Below are positions 17,547-20,000 of a stretch of DNA of 20,000 nucleotides, in pieces. The stretch is taken from contig CAYTYR010000001.1 of NCBI GenBank assembly GCA_964441745.1, forward strand, positions 239,931-259,930. Reading direction: 5' to 3'. The notes below the pieces were generated by a model that saw only the letters and a list, made by a program, of their open reading frames with translations, ran no database searches and was not told the origin of the DNA. Position numbers and translations under genes: made by a program. The DNA comes from an uncultured Clostridia bacterium (GTDB taxonomy: Bacteria > CAYTYR01 > UBA6262). The stretch's first letter is position 1; every line of letters starts with the position of its first letter.

Positions 17547-17634
17547 GGAAGGGTGGCCGAGCTGGTCTAAGGCGCCAGTCTCGAAAACTGGTATGGTCGT
17601 AAGGCCATCGTGAGTTCGAATCTCACCCCTTCCG
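17547..17634 (+). tRNA. tRNA-Ser(CGA)
   Basis: Acceptor GGAAGGG/CCCTTCC, G discriminator, anticodon arm CCAGT-CT-CGA-AA-ACTGG, long variable arm, GTGAG-TTCGAAT-CTCAC; CCA not encoded. Confidence 0.95.
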
Positions 17635-17916
17635 TATTAAATAATTAGTCTGGCAAAAAAATTTAATGTTCTTAACCTTGTCTGCTTGTAAAAATGCGTA
17701 TAAGTATAGAGAAGCAAGGGGATGACCCGCCAAAAAGATCGGCGGGCAGGCAGTGAGTTCTTTTAGATGTCCGGCAAAAAAGTGTTTTTTTGCCGGGTCA
17801 ACAAGAGGAAGGGGTTCAGCGAGCCCGTTCTGTGTGGCGAGCGACGACGAAACAGCCCGCCAAAGTTCGTTGGCGGGCCCTTGTGGAGCGAAACGAGCTT
17901 GCGTAGTGAAGCGACT

Positions 17917-18006
17917 GGAGAGATGGCCGAGCGGTTGAAGGCGTACGCCTGGAGAGCGTATGTGGGGGTGACCTCACCCAGGGTTCGAATCCCTGTCTCT
18001 CCGCCA
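17917..18006 (+). tRNA. tRNA-Ser(GGA)
   Basis: Acceptor GGAGAGA/TCTCTCC, anticodon arm TACGC-CT-GGA-GA-GCGTA, long variable arm, CAGGG-TTCGAAT-CCCTG, encoded CCA. Confidence 0.96.
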
Positions 18007-18211
18007 TTACTTCACATTTTTCTCCCCCTGTCTTCAGAAACTCCCCAAACCCCGCTCAAAGGGGCTACCGCCCCTATTGCGTTCGCTCGGCTGATTTGCC
18101 AGCAAATCAAGCCGCCGGCTCACTATTACCCCTTGGGAAGTTTCCCAAAATCTCCAAATGTGAAAAAACGCGGAGCTTTTTAACCGAAATTCGAACTTTC
18201 TTCGAAGAAAA

Positions 18212-18412
18212 TCCTTCGACTTAGCCCTTCGATAAACTCAGGGTTCGCTCAGGACAGGTCCCTTCGGAAAGCTCTTAGAAAGTGAGTTGTCATGCTCCCT
18301 CCTACGGAGCCTGTGCGCTCACATCTCGCGCCCGTTGCTGGCTAAGTGCTCCTTCTTCGTCGCACCAGCAACCCTCTTTTCCGTTCGCTCCTCCTTCGAC
18401 TACGCTCAGGAC
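18212..18412 (+). repeat. REP-like TCCTTCGACT(A/T)CGCTCAGGAC units, one nested
   Basis: Intact copy at 18392-18412. The copy at 18212-18255 is split by a related unit CCCTTCGATAAACTCAGGG (18225-18243). Confidence 0.75.
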
Positions 18413-18521
18413 TTCGCTCTCTTGGTTCGCCCCCGCTCTGCGGGGTCGTAGGGCTTAAGTACTAAGACATGGTTCCGGTCAAAAATTCCTTCCCCACAAA
18501 AATTATTTTTACAATATTAGC

Positions 18522-18589
18522 TTCCAAACAGGTTTGTTTTGGTGTATAATAGTTTTAGAATAATACATATATTACAATACTTGTATTAT
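18522..18589 (+). promoter_or_regulatory. Putative promoter and operator for the XRE-SIR2 module
   Basis: TTCCAA, 17-bp spacer, TATAAT (18545-18550); downstream inverted repeat ATAATACA-N14-TGTATTAT (18560-18589). Confidence 0.55.
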
Positions 18590-18617
18590 AATATCATTTA
18601 TTTAGGAAGTCAAGGAA

Positions 18618-18833
18618 ATGTTGGCTCAAAACATAAAGAGATTAAGAAAAAAGAAAGGTATTTCACAAGAGAAACTTGCTCGTCTTGCTGACATTTCGTA
18701 TAACACTATAGTAAAAATAGAAGCAGGAAAGGCAAATAATCCAACAATAGACACACTATCCAAAATAGCTGATATTTTCAAGGTTTCAATAGATGAGTTA
18801 TTAGGAAGAAACAACAAGAGAGCTGAAATATAG
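18618..18833 (+). CDS. XRE/Cro-C1 family helix-turn-helix regulator
   Basis: NIKRLRKKKGISQEKLARLADISYNTIVKIEAG..NPTIDTLSKIA. Confidence 0.92.
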   Translation: MLAQNIKRLRKKKGISQEKLARLADISYNTIVKIEAGKANNPTIDTLSKIADIFKVSIDELLGRNNKRAEI

Positions 18834-18874
18834 TAATCAAAACAGAATTCAAGCTTGGTCAGAAAGAGCATAAA

Positions 18875-19957
18875 ATGTCGAATCCGGTTTTTGTTTTAGG
18901 AGCAGGTTTTTCAAGGCCAGGGGGTATTCCTGTTCTAAATGAATTCTTTGACGAAGTGAAAAAGCATATAAACGAGGTAAATTCGGACAAAGAACGGAAG
19001 AGATTTGAATATACTCTAAAACTAGAAAATTATATTATTCAAAACAAAATAAAAGAAAGACCAGATATGGAATCAGCGTTTGTTTTTATAGATGATTTAC
19101 AGAAAGAGAAAATACAAAAATTACCCGGGTTTGAAATAACAGTAGAAGAGCTTCGGCGCCATTTTCTTTATACCATTTTTAGAACATTTAGTCTGTGCTG
19201 GATTCATGATAGTCCTCCATATGGACGAGGGAATAAATATAAGGATAAGGGAAAGGAATTTGTAATAAAGCATCTATATAAAAATTACATTTTTAGTCTA
19301 CTTAGGACTAATGCTACAGTGATTACTTTTAATTATGATCTAATAATAGATAATTTATTAATGATGAATGATATTGTTCCAAAATATTCTAATAATAGAG
19401 TTGAATATCTTAATAAAAAAGATATTGAAGATAAAGGTCACAATTTGGAATTTTCTAATAATTTTAAGCTCCTTAAACTTCACGGATCTCTTAATTGGTT
19501 TATATGTAATAAATGTAAAAGAATTTATATTAAAATAGATGTAGAAGATAACTACTCGACAAACGGAGATGATTATACTGCAACTTCAGGGGATATATGC
19601 AAGTGTGGGCAAAGAATGGATTTTATTATTATTCCCCCCGCAGGGGGAAAGTCTAAACCTGAAAAACCAGAGTTTTTAAATAATGCATGGACTATTGCAG
19701 AAGAAGAATTAAAAACTGCTAACGAAATAACATTTATCGGTTATTCATTTCCTCACACCGATGAAAATATTAGAGAATCTTTCCAAAAACTTATTAATGA
19801 GAATAGTTTACTAAAAAGGGTAAGAGTAATCAACAAAGAAATTAATGATGAACTTGTATCAAAATACGAATGTGTGTTTGGAGAAATAAATAAAAGGAAG
19901 ATTGAATATTATCAAACATCTTTTGAAGATTGGATGATTAACTCATTAGGCGATTGA
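18875..19957 (+). CDS. SIR2-like (SIR2_2 type) domain protein with Zn-ribbon insert; candidate antiphage NADase
   Basis: FVLGAGFS, ITFNYDLIID, LKLHGSLNW, CNKC...CKCG, IIPP, FIGYSFPHTD. Confidence 0.85.
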   Translation: MSNPVFVLGAGFSRPGGIPVLNEFFDEVKKHINEVNSDKERKRFEYTLKLENYIIQNKIKERPDMESAFVFIDDLQKEKIQKLPGFEITVEELRRHFLYTIFRTFSLCWIHDSPPYGRGNKYKDKGKEFVIKHLYKNYIFSLLRTNATVITFNYDLIIDNLLMMNDIVPKYSNNRVEYLNKKDIEDKGHNLEFSNNFKLLKLHGSLNWFICNKCKRIYIKIDVEDNYSTNGDDYTATSGDICKCGQRMDFIIIPPAGGKSKPEKPEFLNNAWTIAEEELKTANEITFIGYSFPHTDENIRESFQKLINENSLLKRVRVINKEINDELVSKYECVFGEINKRKIEYYQTSFEDWMINSLGD

Positions 19958-20000
19958 TTAAAATATAAAAGGCATAAATACGTGCAGGTATGATATGAAA

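Noticed and set aside
17714-17760. Possible tRNA-Ser(GGA) 5' relic (GGGGATGAC followed by a hairpin)
   Set aside because: Similarity to GGAGAGATGGC is too weak, and no further collinear blocks are present.
17139-18183. ORFs overlapping the tRNA-Ser region on both strands
   Set aside because: They overlap tRNAs and GC-rich palindromes and are probably open by chance.
17640-18470. SRP RNA (ffs), often found near tadA/tRNA-Ser
   Set aside because: I could not find the conserved domain IV motif (CAGG..GGAA..AGCAG).
10144-20000. Integrase, transposase or reverse transcriptase explaining the islands and inserts
   Set aside because: No ORF shows recognisable tyrosine/serine recombinase, DDE, HUH or RT motifs.

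Overview
Bacterial chromosomal window, nearly all on the + strand; the lineage cannot be assigned from sequence alone. 1-7890 is a V/A-type ATPase operon (I [5' end outside the window], K, E, C, F, A, B, D) whose K subunit has an NtpK-like Na+-binding signature. It is followed by a membrane-anchored GAF/HD-GYP phosphodiesterase, a 48-aa Cys-rich ORF missing from the ORF track, and rsmI. About 10144-16667 is an integrase-less accessory island carrying a TOPRIM-like protein, a Schlafen/AlbA_2-HATPase-wHTH protein and an AbiEi/AbiEii type IV TA pair. It lies upstream of an intact tRNA-Arg(ACG) and is bounded by 5'-half relics of that tRNA and an 18-bp direct repeat. Next come tadA, two tRNA-Ser(CGA) 5'-half relics, intact tRNA-Ser(CGA) and tRNA-Ser(GGA), a palindrome-dense spacer, and an AT-rich XRE HTH + SIR2-like module. 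The most unusual signal is that two intact tRNAs are each preceded by truncated 5' copies that stop near the anticodon. These copies are interrupted in their D-arm or anticodon loop by 16-70 nt GC-rich hairpin inserts, including one covarying ~40-nt hairpin found at the same anticodon position in two different tRNA-Ser relics.
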